Source: a virus (Duplodnaviria > Caudoviricetes). From it: DNA of 33,422 nt. The notes beneath the pieces are model-generated. The model had not been told where the DNA came from and did no database searches. It saw nothing but the letters and a program-made list of their open reading frames with translations. The stretch's first letter is position 1, and each line of letters opens with the position of its first letter. This document shows positions 32,696-33,422 of this stretch, piece after piece. The stretch lies in IMG/VR virus record IMGVR_UViG_3300031519_000112, positions 1 through 33,422 of that record; one strand, written 5' to 3'. The position numbers and the translations under genes are program-made.

Positions 32696-32977
32696 ATGGC
32701 CGCCGATTCTAAAGAAGATAAAGCTGAACGCAAACGTAAGGTGCTAAAAAGAAGTTTAATAAATCGCGCCAAAGCAGATGCGCGTCAAAAAATAAAAGAT
32801 GATGCGAATAAAGCCGCGACAGCAGAAGCAAAATCTGATGAAGGATTTTTAGAATATGCGTTTAGAAACCCAACTAAAGCAAGATTGGGAATTATGGGAT
32901 GGCCTGATGCTTACGCAAGATACAAAAGATTACAAGCAAGTGAGAAAAAGCGTAAAGAGTCAAAAAAAAGCGATTAA
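32696..32977 (+). CDS. highly charged Lys/Ala-rich hypothetical protein
   Basis: 93 aa, TAAGGT RBS. Confidence 0.6.
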   Translation: MAADSKEDKAERKRKVLKRSLINRAKADARQKIKDDANKAATAEAKSDEGFLEYAFRNPTKARLGIMGWPDAYARYKRLQASEKKRKESKKSD

Positions 32978-33013
32978 AGCAATAACGTAAAAACACACAA
33001 CTAAGGTATATGT

Positions 33014-33422
33014 ATGGCTAGTAAAATCCAATTAATCTCTAATGCATTAATTTTAATTGGCGATCTGCCTATCACATCTTTAGAAGGCAACTCTCGCGCC
33101 CAAACTGTAGCTAACAATCTGTATCCTAATATTGTACAGAATGAAATGACTAAGTTCAGATGGGGATTTGCGCGGAAGAAAGCCCAGTTAGACTTAACAA
33201 CTGAAGTTCCAGTAGGTACTGAATGGCAATCCATTTACCAACTGCCTGCTGATCTCTTATTCCTTATTAAAATTAATCCGCAAGTTCCATATGGTTTATA
33301 CGGTGACAAACTGTATTGCAATGCAAGCTCTGCCATATTTGCTGATTACATATACAACGCTCCAGAATCCACATGGCCTGTCTACTTCAGTAAGATGATT
33401 GAGTATGCCCTTGCTATGGATT
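33014..33422 (+). CDS. tail tubular protein A-like (adaptor), truncated by the window end
   Basis: Open to the end of the window: MASKIQLISNALILIGDLPITSL...RWGFARKKAQL...YQLPAD...WPVYFSKMIEYALAMD. TAAGGT RBS. Confidence 0.85.
   Translation, partial: MASKIQLISNALILIGDLPITSLEGNSRAQTVANNLYPNIVQNEMTKFRWGFARKKAQLDLTTEVPVGTEWQSIYQLPADLLFLIKINPQVPYGLYGDKLYCNASSAIFADYIYNAPESTWPVYFSKMIEYALAMD

Noticed and set aside
1-33422. tRNA genes, CRISPR array, integrase/att site, IS elements, DNA methyltransferase
   Set aside because: No cloverleaf, regularly spaced repeat-spacer array, recombinase or transposase motif, or DNA methyltransferase motif was recognised by eye.

Overview
The window is a nearly complete, circularly permuted genome (about 33.4 kb, AT-rich) of a small tailed dsDNA bacteriophage with podovirus-type morphogenesis genes. 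The tail tubular A-like gene starts at 33014, runs off the right end, and its C-terminus reappears at 1-108. The plus-strand structural module (25333-33422, then 1-15846) runs terS, terL, portal, scaffold, major capsid, tail tubular A/B, a cupin plus SET-domain pair, three internal virion proteins (the largest with an LPD38-like C-terminus), a tail fibre with an S74 chaperone, a Gly-rich protein, holin-like genes and an M15 endolysin. Lambdoid-style replication and recombination operons (initiator with internal iterons, NinB/NinG-like; Sak/DUF1071, YqaJ exonuclease, SSB, DUF3310, metallophosphoesterase) diverge from back-to-back sigma70 promoters. A minus-strand cluster of small early genes lies at 22858-25096. 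No integrase, DNA or RNA polymerase, helicase, tRNA or CRISPR was recognised. The most notable observations are a complete type I hammerhead ribozyme in the early operon (24076-24128, minus strand) with a neighbouring RNase III-like hairpin, a SET-domain methyltransferase plus cupin in the ejected-protein module, apparently total GCWGC avoidance, a pseudoknot or switch-like leader on the capsid mRNA, and a self-contained small-peptide cassette. All family assignments come from motif recognition by eye, not from database searches.
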